Origin: a virus
Taxonomy: Duplodnaviria; Caudoviricetes
DNA length: 36,412 nucleotides
IMG/VR virus record: IMGVR_UViG_3300033076_000637
Coordinates: 1-36,412 of that record
Direction: 5' to 3' (one strand)
Of this stretch, positions 1 to 8,133 are shown in pieces; position 1 is the stretch's first letter, and each line of letters opens with the position of its first letter. The notes beneath the pieces were generated by a model. The model saw only the letters and a list, made by a program, of their open reading frames with translations. It ran no database searches and was not told the origin of the DNA. Both the position numbers and the translations under genes were made by a program.

Positions 1-806
1 AATATGGGTTTCCAGATCTTTTCGGTGAAAAAGGTATAGGGATAATCATAAATGGTTTCTGCGACCACACTGAACCAGGTGTCTGTGTAGCAACGTGGGT
101 TCACTATGGCATCGCCCCAGGTGTTGTTGAACAGTTGATGCTTGACAAAACCCTGGTCCGGCACAGTAGGCAAATTGGGCACTGCACGTTCTATTTCATA
201 TTCCGGGGGCAACAAGCGTATGGGTTCGTGTTGATCCGGGGTCAGCACAGACGTAAAGCCCATTTCTACTTGACTGTTCAAACAAGTCCACAGCGCATGA
301 TCCAGCAGTCCCTGCTCACGCAGGCCATTGATCAACTGCTTGCGATGTGGGCGCAGGCGTCCATTTAAAAACAAAAACTCATAGGGCCTGCCATGCTTGT
401 AATCCAACGCAGCCTGTATCTGTGCTGCTTTGTTTTCGTTGTATTCCACAATGTTGCTGAAGTAACAGTCAGTGCGACAATAATGCCAAGGCGGTTCTAA
501 AGCGCCCGAAGTCAGCAGCCCAATGCGCCCGTCTTTGACATAGTCTTTGATGACCAGGCGTTGTAACTGAAGCAACACAGTTTGACTGCCTTCGGCAGGA
601 TTGCTAAACACCACATGCCCAGGATATTGAGTGGCAAATTCAGTGATGGCATAGTAGTTTTCTTTGAGCACCACTCTGCCCACAATGTAAATGGCTTCAG
701 GGTCTAGTTCCTGGGGCCACTGCCAAAAGCTACCATCGGCATAGGGTTTCAACAAGTCCCAGGTCTCGGCCCATTCATCCACAATGATTTTATGTTGTCC
801 TAGCAT
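1..806 (-). CDS. Putative glycosyltransferase, GT10/fucosyltransferase-like (runs off the window; missing from ORF track)
   Basis: Manual translation from ATG at 806 (overlaps the radical SAM stop) is open to base 1: MLGQHKIIVDEWAETWDLLKPY...FLFLNGRLRPHRKQLI...YTDTWFSVVAETIYDYPYTFFTEKIWKPI. The Y..xF...E(T/N)....xTEK..K segment resembles the GT10 nucleotide-sugar-binding motif. Confidence 0.7.
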   Translation of the reverse strand, partial: MLGQHKIIVDEWAETWDLLKPYADGSFWQWPQELDPEAIYIVGRVVLKENYYAITEFATQYPGHVVFSNPAEGSQTVLLQLQRLVIKDYVKDGRIGLLTSGALEPPWHYCRTDCYFSNIVEYNENKAAQIQAALDYKHGRPYEFLFLNGRLRPHRKQLINGLREQGLLDHALWTCLNSQVEMGFTSVLTPDQHEPIRLLPPEYEIERAVPNLPTVPDQGFVKHQLFNNTWGDAIVNPRCYTDTWFSVVAETIYDYPYTFFTEKIWKPI

Positions 807-2166
807 GATACTCACATTCTGCCCACCAGGCACGCATTTCTGGAAACGCCTGTAAAAAATCAGTGCCCCGGCGACGATCGTGTTCACTAAAGAAACGATA
901 AAAGTCTGCGCGGTCCTGGCGATGATCTATTTTTTGCCCCTCACGCATCCAAGCAATGTCTCTACGTAGACGCTGAACTTCATAGTCTCTAAAACCTACT
1001 ACATCTGTGGTAATCTGCGATTGCATCCAGTCGGCTATGCGTTCTAGCTCGTATGCATAACTTTCTGGAAGAATTTGTAGGCTTTGCCAAGCAGGTTCAC
1101 GTAACACTGGTGTGTCAAACCAAACACGCTGATGCGTTTTACTATAGTTTCTGCGCAGAGTCAAAATCCATTCCAACAAATCACGTAGTCCAGTCACAGT
1201 TAAATTGTTCATTGTAACAATAAATGTCAAACTGTTACGTTCTGGTGCTTCACTGAGGTAACGATTCACATAACTGGCCATGCGATAAAAATTCAAACCG
1301 TGGCGTTGATATTCTGCTTGCTCAACTCGACCCGAATCCAAGCTCACATACTGCATAAAGTGTTCAATGTTTGTTTTACACAACTGTTTGACATAGTTCA
1401 GATAGCGATCAAACAATTCGGGCTCTACTGAAAAATTTGATGTCACATTCAAATGTAAATCTGATTTGGGATTTTCCAGTACATAGTCAAACACTCTATA
1501 AGTGTTTCGATCCATTAGAGGTTCCCCGCCGGTCATTCTAAAATGTCTGAGGCTGGGATAAAGGTCAGGCCACCATTGCCAGAAAGCATCCACGTAAGGA
1601 TTATGCTCGCGAGCCGGGATGGGTCGTCTACTACCAGTAAAATGATTGGGGTCATTGTGAGGATTACTAGTGGGATATGCTCCGTGCCTAGCAATTTCAT
1701 CAGCCCAACTACTACTAAACTGAGGGCTGCAATAAGAACAGCGAAGGTTGCAAGCGTGATTAAAATTGACTTCCACATAACTTGGCGTCGCATCTTCTGA
1801 TCCATTGCTGTTCCTTATTTGTTCAAAATCCACTGCGGCCCAGGGTTCGCCTGAGCGATAGTGGCGGTCCGACATTTGACCTAGGTCTTCCATGTTCCAG
1901 CAGTATTGACATTCGCTGGGGCGTTCATTTTTCAGCATGATCACACGCTGAGACTTTTTGTAGGCTGTGTTGTGCAGTCCTGCAGGATTGTTTTCTATGT
2001 CCGACAATTCAATCCTGTGCAAAGGAGGATGATAACAGGAATTGGTATGACCAGTGGTTAAATGCAAACTAACTTGTTTCCATTTGGCCAGGCACAGTGC
2101 AGGACCTAGATCCTTGCGCATCTGCTCCGCAGTCGACATAAACTTGCTTTGATCGCCAGCACCCAT
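790..2166 (-). CDS. Radical SAM enzyme with N-terminal Cys-rich (SPASM/twitch-like) segment
   Basis: CxxxCxxC motif (CNLRCSYC) and the GGEP motif (MTGGEPLM); extra N-terminal Cys/His (CLAKW..SCYH..CQYCW). ATG at 2166 forms a TAATG overlap with the upstream stop, so it is preferred over the TTG at 2172. Confidence 0.9.
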   Translation of the reverse strand: MGAGDQSKFMSTAEQMRKDLGPALCLAKWKQVSLHLTTGHTNSCYHPPLHRIELSDIENNPAGLHNTAYKKSQRVIMLKNERPSECQYCWNMEDLGQMSDRHYRSGEPWAAVDFEQIRNSNGSEDATPSYVEVNFNHACNLRCSYCSPQFSSSWADEIARHGAYPTSNPHNDPNHFTGSRRPIPAREHNPYVDAFWQWWPDLYPSLRHFRMTGGEPLMDRNTYRVFDYVLENPKSDLHLNVTSNFSVEPELFDRYLNYVKQLCKTNIEHFMQYVSLDSGRVEQAEYQRHGLNFYRMASYVNRYLSEAPERNSLTFIVTMNNLTVTGLRDLLEWILTLRRNYSKTHQRVWFDTPVLREPAWQSLQILPESYAYELERIADWMQSQITTDVVGFRDYEVQRLRRDIAWMREGQKIDHRQDRADFYRFFSEHDRRRGTDFLQAFPEMRAWWAECEYHARTT

Positions 2167-3089
2167 TACCAACCTTCTGCTCGGCGAATAACGTCAATTT
2201 CTCGAACCATGACACCTTGATTCTGCCAGTTCGAACGATAATGATATTTAAAAAATGCTGATTGTTCAGATTCCAGTATAGACATGGGCAAATCTAACTG
2301 TGTGCCCAATTCTGGGCCTAGTCTATTGCTCAACAGTCTGGGCTCTGAGTCTTTCACAGTTTCCCATAGTTCAGCCAAAGCATCAAAGCTCTGTACCAGT
2401 GTGTAATCCCATCCAGTGAGCATGGTCATGTAAGTGCCCTGGCGTGCGCCGGCCATGGCCCACTCACCATGTTCTACATCAGCACCTACATTGTGCCATA
2501 TGGTCAAGTTATCGAGATTACGCAGTACTTGGCTTTTGAATTCATCAATCGTAGGACGACGCCCCCGCTGTAGGCACATTTTAACGCCTTCACGAAAGCC
2601 CGCACGCCACGCTTGGAAAGGCGAGCCGTTGGGGTAGGTCGTTGAAAAACAATCGTGCATGGCCCAATAAAGGGGATCGAAGCAAAACTCAACCTGTGTC
2701 TCCACTGATCCATCAGATGCTTCATGAGTCTGCATATTATTGACAAACTCTTTGGTCCAACTAGATAAGCCACCATTGCCATACATCAGTCCATTGATGT
2801 GATTGCGGGCACGCCAACGAAACACAGCGTTCTCATATTCTTCATTAGGAAAAACAAGCGTCTGATTAAAAAACGTTGGGTCGGGGATGTTGTCGCCATC
2901 GATGAGAATAAATCTGGCCGTATCTGAGGCCTTGGCCGCCGCTTTGTGAGCAGCATCGCTGCCCTTAACGCCATCCACCCGTTTTGCCCAAGGCACCATG
3001 TTCTTAATTTTAACCCAAAACTCTTCTTTTTGTGGTTCGTCATATGTTAAGTATACACAATCTAAATCTGCTATGTCAATTTTGTTCAT
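2166..3089 (-). CDS. GT-A fold glycosyltransferase-like protein (GT2-like)
   Basis: 307 aa; N-terminal LTYDEP, GVKGSDAAHKAAA, and a DxD-type motif after a hydrophobic strand (FILIDGDN); overlaps both neighbours. Confidence 0.7.
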   Translation of the reverse strand: MNKIDIADLDCVYLTYDEPQKEEFWVKIKNMVPWAKRVDGVKGSDAAHKAAAKASDTARFILIDGDNIPDPTFFNQTLVFPNEEYENAVFRWRARNHINGLMYGNGGLSSWTKEFVNNMQTHEASDGSVETQVEFCFDPLYWAMHDCFSTTYPNGSPFQAWRAGFREGVKMCLQRGRRPTIDEFKSQVLRNLDNLTIWHNVGADVEHGEWAMAGARQGTYMTMLTGWDYTLVQSFDALAELWETVKDSEPRLLSNRLGPELGTQLDLPMSILESEQSAFFKYHYRSNWQNQGVMVREIDVIRRAEGW

Positions 3090-3411
3090 AAGTTCGTTTG
3101 CTCCAGCATTGGTGTTCCTGTTCTGTGGTTACTACAATAGCAACATTATCGGGATGACAAGGCACACCGTGATCACTGTGATCTAGTACAGTGGTAGTTG
3201 TAAATTTCACTGTGACCAATTGTCCGTCTTTTACTCGTACATTGGTTGCGCCTGCATGAAACTGCTTGGCTGTGATTTCAATATAATTACCAGGTACACG
3301 GTCCATGCTGTAGAATAATAACAAACCTTGATCATCGTGATACAGCCGATAGGTCAACGGTTGTGGCTCAGGGATAGCGGCCATGATATCCCAAAACTCT
3401 TGTTCAGTCAT
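3076..3411 (-). CDS. Hypothetical protein (111 aa)
   Basis: ATG at 3411 overlaps the upstream TGA at 3404; MTEQEFWDIM...YRLYHDDQG...PGNYIEIT; stop overlaps the next start. Confidence 0.75.
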   Translation of the reverse strand: MTEQEFWDIMAAIPEPQPLTYRLYHDDQGLLLFYSMDRVPGNYIEITAKQFHAGATNVRVKDGQLVTVKFTTTTVLDHSDHGVPCHPDNVAIVVTTEQEHQCWSKRTYEQN

Positions 3412-4186
3412 TGGCTTCAGATTTGACATGATAATGAAAAGCCCCCCATTGAGTCATGGTATTGACTTTGGCCAGATAATCTTTGTATTCCCAGACTAGT
3501 TCAGTGCGCCAATTAGTGTCCGCAGTGCCGGCAATGTGTCGCTTCATGTGTACAATCTGCGGATACGTGGCAAACGGCATGGTACACAGTTCGGGACCAA
3601 TGATATTAGCAGCCATGGCGTACACAACATCTGTTGATGGTTGTTCTTCAGGGAATTTCAATATTTTTTTGTACTCTTCCCAGTTTTCAAATATGTTGCG
3701 CACTGTGTCAAAAAACTTCATGGCTGTTTCAGATCTTCGCCAGTAAGTTATTGCATTGTACACGTCTGGTAAATTGTTGGCATCAAACACCTGGCGATAG
3801 TGACGAGCACTGGCCTTGCGATCTTGCCAGTCTCTGCAGCCTGTGGAAACCACAATGTCTTTGTGTCTCAACATGTTCCACCAGTGATCAATATGACTGG
3901 TTATGATCATGTCTGCTTCTAATTTGATAGTTTCTCTGAATGGTGTTTTGTGCCACACTTGCCAGTCGTTGGCCCAGGCGTGATCATGCACAGGCTCGTC
4001 AAACTGATACACGTATTTGAACAGTGTAGGATCAACAGCGTCTGTGGCATTGGTCAACAAACAGATATTGGCCATGGGATGATAATACAGTATGGTTTTG
4101 GCCAAAGTTCTAGCACAGTTAACATAGTCAACTTGTTTGGTATTCTGTGCAAGGATTATAAAACCTTGTTCTTCAATGGGTGTCAA
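3404..4186 (-). CDS. GT8-like nucleotide-diphospho-sugar transferase (ExD variant)
   Basis: 260 aa, TTG start; TPFRETIKLEADM at the DxD position; C-terminal HMK/HYHVK; clear paralogue of 4173..4979. Confidence 0.7.
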   Translation of the reverse strand: MTPIEEQGFIILAQNTKQVDYVNCARTLAKTILYYHPMANICLLTNATDAVDPTLFKYVYQFDEPVHDHAWANDWQVWHKTPFRETIKLEADMIITSHIDHWWNMLRHKDIVVSTGCRDWQDRKASARHYRQVFDANNLPDVYNAITYWRRSETAMKFFDTVRNIFENWEEYKKILKFPEEQPSTDVVYAMAANIIGPELCTMPFATYPQIVHMKRHIAGTADTNWRTELVWEYKDYLAKVNTMTQWGAFHYHVKSEAND

Positions 4187-4979
4187 TTATGTTCTCCAAG
4201 TGATGTTTGCCCATGGCGTGAAAATCCTGTCCACCTATGCCAACTGTGCGAGGCACACGATCTGCATCTACATAAGTCAAAGCAAAATAATCCGAGTCTA
4301 ACTGTTGTAATTTGGTATCAGGTAAAACCGAAGCCAACTGCCAAGGAATATTATCTACTTGCCAGGTTTGCCCACTCACAATGCCTAGAGCAATACTCAA
4401 TGCAAAATCGTTACGATAGGTAGGACTGTTAATTTGATATAGATCTCTATAATGTTGCCAATTTTGTTTGATCATTGACATACAATCAAAAATATAATTG
4501 GATTGATTTGATCGTCGAAACATAATCACAGTTGCCCACCATTGTGGCATTTGAAGTTGCCCAAATTGGTTAAGTTCGTCTAAGTTCTTGCCGTTGGCAG
4601 CATTCCAGGCGTATCTATGACACAAAAAACTACCTGAATAGTCCCACAGCGAATTGAGTTTGTCACTACATACTACGTAGTCTGCATCCAACACTAGAGT
4701 CTCGTCCCAGGGTGTAAGATTATAAGCGTCGGTCCTCCCCGCGTTGTGCCAAGACACAGTAGCCGCATAATCTTCAAACCAACGTGTTCCGCCCGTGGCG
4801 GCATGTGTTGTAATGACTCGATCAAATCCGCTAACTCTTGAATCTCTTGCATCAAGGTCTGTGACAATGGCCACAGGAATTTCGAGGTGCCGATGAATTC
4901 GTTTAGCACTCCACTGAGCCATAGCAACATAGTCGGTTTTTTCATTGTTAAAAGCAAATATAAGTGCGCCGCGTGTCAT
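4173..4979 (-). CDS. GT8-like nucleotide-diphospho-sugar transferase
   Basis: 268 aa; TPWDETLVLDADY (DxD), RND-type motif and C-terminal FHAMGK as in GT-A/GT8-like enzymes; ATGA overlap with the upstream gene. Confidence 0.78.
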   Translation of the reverse strand: MTRGALIFAFNNEKTDYVAMAQWSAKRIHRHLEIPVAIVTDLDARDSRVSGFDRVITTHAATGGTRWFEDYAATVSWHNAGRTDAYNLTPWDETLVLDADYVVCSDKLNSLWDYSGSFLCHRYAWNAANGKNLDELNQFGQLQMPQWWATVIMFRRSNQSNYIFDCMSMIKQNWQHYRDLYQINSPTYRNDFALSIALGIVSGQTWQVDNIPWQLASVLPDTKLQQLDSDYFALTYVDADRVPRTVGIGGQDFHAMGKHHLENIIDTH

Positions 4980-5281
4980 CGTCGTGTTTGATTCTGTTTG
5001 TATTCATCTAACCAGGCATTCATTTGTTCTTGCCATCGTTGTTGGCTCATAGCAAATAGCTCTTTGGTATTGACCTGAATGGGGTTTTCATACAAGTCCA
5101 ATATCACTGCTTCAGCATCTGGACAGGTCAATAGTGTGGTCTGCAATTCGGGCCCAGCACGCCACATGCCTCCTTGATAGGCAAAAAGCATGCGAGCTTC
5201 GTATTTCTCTTTGAGTATGCGTTTGGCAGCAATATGATTAAAACGTGCTCGTGCGTGAGCAACAAGATCATTGGTATCCAT
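4976..5281 (-). CDS. Hypothetical protein (101 aa), possibly a tail-fibre-assembly-like helical protein
   Basis: Start moved to ATG 5281 (MDTNDLVAHARARF...) because the longer ORF crosses a terminator/promoter and overlaps the upstream gene; TGA overlaps the next ATG. Functional guess is weak. Confidence 0.75.
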   Translation of the reverse strand: MDTNDLVAHARARFNHIAAKRILKEKYEARMLFAYQGGMWRAGPELQTTLLTCPDAEAVILDLYENPIQVNTKELFAMSQQRWQEQMNAWLDEYKQNQTRR

Positions 5282-5287
5282 GCAGTG

Positions 5288-5316
5288 ATTATACAGGAAA
5301 AATAAAGAAAAGTAAA
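5288..5316 (-). promoter_or_regulatory. Sigma70-type promoter TTTACT-N17-TATAAT, predicted leaderless transcript
   Basis: Minus strand reads TTTACT tttctttatttttcctg TATAAT cactgc ATG: perfect -10, 17-nt spacer, ATG 6 nt after the -10 box, no Shine-Dalgarno. Confidence 0.65.
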
Positions 5317-5335
5317 GGGTCTTTCGACCCTTTTT
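5300..5335 (-). terminator. Rho-independent terminator ending the structural transcript
   Basis: Just after the TAA at 5338: AAAGGGTC-GAAA-GACCCTTT (8-bp stem, GNRA loop, 5314-5333) followed by ACTTTTCTTTATTTTT. T-runs on both sides, so possibly bidirectional. Confidence 0.85.
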
Positions 5336-5337
5336 GG

Positions 5338-6303
5338 TTAAGCCACTGTGGCTGCTATAGTGGGTGTGCCCCAACTATTGCTTAGATAAGTTACAGATGG
5401 GTTGTAATAAGTGCAAATGGTACAAGGTGCAGTTCCAGGAGTGGCTCCAGACGCGGCTGTACCGCCAGTGATTGGGTCACCTTCAGGATTTGACCAAAGC
5501 GTGGTAAATGTTAGAATAGCAGAAGTAGCATCCAACGCAACACTGTGTTGAATGAAGTTTGACGTATAAGGTGCAGTGGCTGAAAACTGTTTGTAGATGA
5601 TTGTTGCTGCCGCGCCCGGTGTTAATGCATAATAGCCAGTGCCGGTAGAAAGAGTAGTAGGAGTACCGGTTCCACCAATTTTGGTTGTACCAGTGTAGGC
5701 AAAGCCTCCGATGTTATGTGATGTGGCCACACCAGAAAGACGAATTTGGCCACACAGCGTGCCTGCCAGCGTATTCCACTGTGGATCGCCGGTTGCACCC
5801 GTAGAACTCTTGGCCACTTGCAGGTTAATCAAACCACCGGCATTGAAGAAATATCGTGCTGCGTTGGCACTGGAAAAAGTAACTGTGTTGGTAAACGTCA
5901 TTGTCCAGGCGCCAGCAGTTTTGCCAGCAGTTACAGAATTGGTGCCTGTCCATGCTGTGTATTGTGTGCCAAACGCTGCGGCTTGATTTCGGTTGGTATA
6001 GCAGGAAGCAATGTCAGTGTTGACTGCACTCAAAATATTAATCAATGTACCAGCAGTGGGCGCTGTTCTAGCAGTAATTGTAGTGCCTTGATGGCTTGCC
6101 ATTGATGAAATTGTGTTGACCAAAGATGCCCATTGTGTGGCTGTCACTGTGCCGCCAGTGCTGACTGTGGCCAGTGATGACTGTCCGTAACCTGCATCAC
6201 TGGTGCCAGTGCCCCATGTGGCGTTTACGTTGGCACCTGCAGTGGTACTAACAAAACCGTTGTAATCTGTTGCTTGAATTAAACCGCCTGAACTGTATGT
6301 CAT
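5338..6303 (-). CDS. Virion structural protein (Thr/Gly/Ala-rich, fibre/baseplate associated)
   Basis: 321 aa, very T/G/A/S-rich, VTATQWASLVN and ARYFFNAGG segments; last gene of the structural block. Confidence 0.7.
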   Translation of the reverse strand: MTYSSGGLIQATDYNGFVSTTAGANVNATWGTGTSDAGYGQSSLATVSTGGTVTATQWASLVNTISSMASHQGTTITARTAPTAGTLINILSAVNTDIASCYTNRNQAAAFGTQYTAWTGTNSVTAGKTAGAWTMTFTNTVTFSSANAARYFFNAGGLINLQVAKSSTGATGDPQWNTLAGTLCGQIRLSGVATSHNIGGFAYTGTTKIGGTGTPTTLSTGTGYYALTPGAAATIIYKQFSATAPYTSNFIQHSVALDATSAILTFTTLWSNPEGDPITGGTAASGATPGTAPCTICTYYNPSVTYLSNSWGTPTIAATVA

Positions 6304-6318
6304 CTTTGTGGATCCTGA

Positions 6319-8100
6319 TTATTTTATTGTTACAATGGCTTCGATAGTGCCCACACCTGAGTCAGACTTGCTAGCCAACGCCCTTCCAATAGTATTAAAA
6401 GCAGTTGCTTCTCCAACTAAGGCAGCTCTTGCTAGACCATTGCCAGCACTTACCAGTCTATCACCTTTGTTTATGATACCAACTACTCTAACTGGAACTC
6501 GCCCAGTCATGGCTACTTTGGGATGGGTATCATCATCGCCAGCACCGCCGTTCATTGTGTATGCTGGTCTTGTACTTATCACGCCAAAAACATTTTCACT
6601 CAATTCGCCGCGACTGCGTGTGATTTCGGCTATGCCACCGAGTTCAACCACTGTGCCTGGTTCAAGCACTTCGTCTGCCGCAAAACGTTCTGCAACGTCA
6701 GCGTACAAGGCTGTGGTAGCAGTAGCAAACACTTGGTTAAAGTAGTTAGAACTTGAACCGATGTTACCTACAGCATTGGTGCCTGTTTTGGCAATGGAGT
6801 TCACACTGACCACGTTGGCGTATACTGTGGTAGTGTCAACCACGACCACGTTGGCTGTACCTGCCACACCAATTGTGATATTGCCACCTGACGAACCAAT
6901 TTTAACGTTGGATGTTCCGTTTTGAATTTGACTAACGCTAACGGCTGAACTAACGTTGGACAACAAGCCACCGTCACCAAGCAAGAATCCACCAGCAGCA
7001 ACGTTTCCAGCACTGGAAATAGTACCAGTTGCGCTGACCTGTCCTGCTGTTCTTAAATTACCGGCTTGTACGTTGGCAGTAGCACTGACTGTTGTGCCTG
7101 TGATTAAAGTGGCAGCAACGTTGCCGCCTGTGATATTACCGCTGGCGCTGAGAATACCAGTATTCACGTTGGCGGCAGTGATATTACCGCCCACACTGAG
7201 CGTTGTACCAACTGTGGCAGCATTAGCCACAGCAAACGTGCCACTGGCACCCAGCGCCGAAGCAACCAAATAGTTGGTGCCAGAAACGTTGGCACGGATG
7301 TTCACATTACCACCGCTGATGGTGGCACTGATATTACCATCAGTTGATGTACCCGAAATGTTGATTACGTTTCCAGTTCCAGCATATAAACCAGTGTTAT
7401 TCAACACACGAAGTACACCTGTAGTTGAGGTGCTGACATCTGTGCGCATGAAACTGGTGCTATCAAGACTATCCAAAGCATCTGCATTGGTTGCAGTGCC
7501 AGCAAACACAGCACTCAAAGTTGTGTTTAATGTAACGCCCGGATAAATGGTCGGGAACGTAGTATTGGTTGGGGAAGCAGGAGTAAAACTTGAATCTTTG
7601 CTAAAAACAGCAACTCTAGTATTGTACACATAGATGCTGGTAACGTAGTGCGGTGTTGCGCCGCTGTCGTTGATTGTTTCAGGAATAGCACCAGCAGTAC
7701 CTGTTGCGCTGGAATACGCAGGACCAACAACTAAAAATGCACTGCCAGTCCAAACTTTCAACTGTTGGTTGGTTGTGTCAAACCACAGATCACCAGTGGT
7801 GTTGTTTGAGGGTGCGCTGGCTGCACTTGAGTTGGCAGCAAATGGTTTCCAGCCGCCGGCTCCAGTGTAGATATTGAGTCTGGTATTACCAGAATCCCAC
7901 CACAGTTGGCCTACCAGTGGGCTGCCGGGTGCAGTGGTATTTGATGCGTTTTCCAACAGATGAATAAAGTTTTCATCTAAAAATGCTCCGTAGCCAGCAT
8001 AATTTTTACCAACCAATGTCATGCTAGAACTGGTGTTTACAGTTCCGTCTGGGATTGTTGCAAAAATTGTGCCGTCGGTTAAGTTAATTGTATATGCCAT
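6319..8100 (-). CDS. Tail fibre-like protein with C-terminal intramolecular-chaperone/autocleavage-like domain
   Basis: 593 aa; GQLWWD/GDLWFD repeats, SAxGN(I/V)xxGN beta-repeats, and C-terminal YADVAERF...PGTVV...GVIST.PAY.MN...VAMTGRVPVRVVG...KGDRLV...IGRAL resembling peptidase G2-type chaperone domains. Confidence 0.8.
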   Translation of the reverse strand: MAYTINLTDGTIFATIPDGTVNTSSSMTLVGKNYAGYGAFLDENFIHLLENASNTTAPGSPLVGQLWWDSGNTRLNIYTGAGGWKPFAANSSAASAPSNNTTGDLWFDTTNQQLKVWTGSAFLVVGPAYSSATGTAGAIPETINDSGATPHYVTSIYVYNTRVAVFSKDSSFTPASPTNTTFPTIYPGVTLNTTLSAVFAGTATNADALDSLDSTSFMRTDVSTSTTGVLRVLNNTGLYAGTGNVINISGTSTDGNISATISGGNVNIRANVSGTNYLVASALGASGTFAVANAATVGTTLSVGGNITAANVNTGILSASGNITGGNVAATLITGTTVSATANVQAGNLRTAGQVSATGTISSAGNVAAGGFLLGDGGLLSNVSSAVSVSQIQNGTSNVKIGSSGGNITIGVAGTANVVVVDTTTVYANVVSVNSIAKTGTNAVGNIGSSSNYFNQVFATATTALYADVAERFAADEVLEPGTVVELGGIAEITRSRGELSENVFGVISTRPAYTMNGGAGDDDTHPKVAMTGRVPVRVVGIINKGDRLVSAGNGLARAALVGEATAFNTIGRALASKSDSGVGTIEAIVTIK

Positions 8101-8125
8101 GTTGCTTACCTGTTCCTATTTCCAA

Positions 8126-8133
8126 TATTTATA
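8126..8133 (-). promoter_or_regulatory. T4-type late promoter TATAAATA
   Basis: Exact T4 gp55 consensus 25 nt upstream of the fibre gene ATG (8100), overlapping the upstream TAA. Confidence 0.75.

Noticed and set aside
135-368. 77-aa plus-strand ORF
   Set aside because: Antisense to the longer, motif-bearing minus-strand ORF 1..806.
1533-1805. Two hydrophobic ORFs (90 aa minus, 85 aa plus) that look like membrane peptides
   Set aside because: Alternate-frame/antisense shadows inside the radical SAM core; no RBS or independent support.
5282-5374. N-terminal extension of the 132-aa ORF in the track
   Set aside because: Runs through the terminator and promoter and overlaps the upstream gene; ATG 5281 is more plausible.
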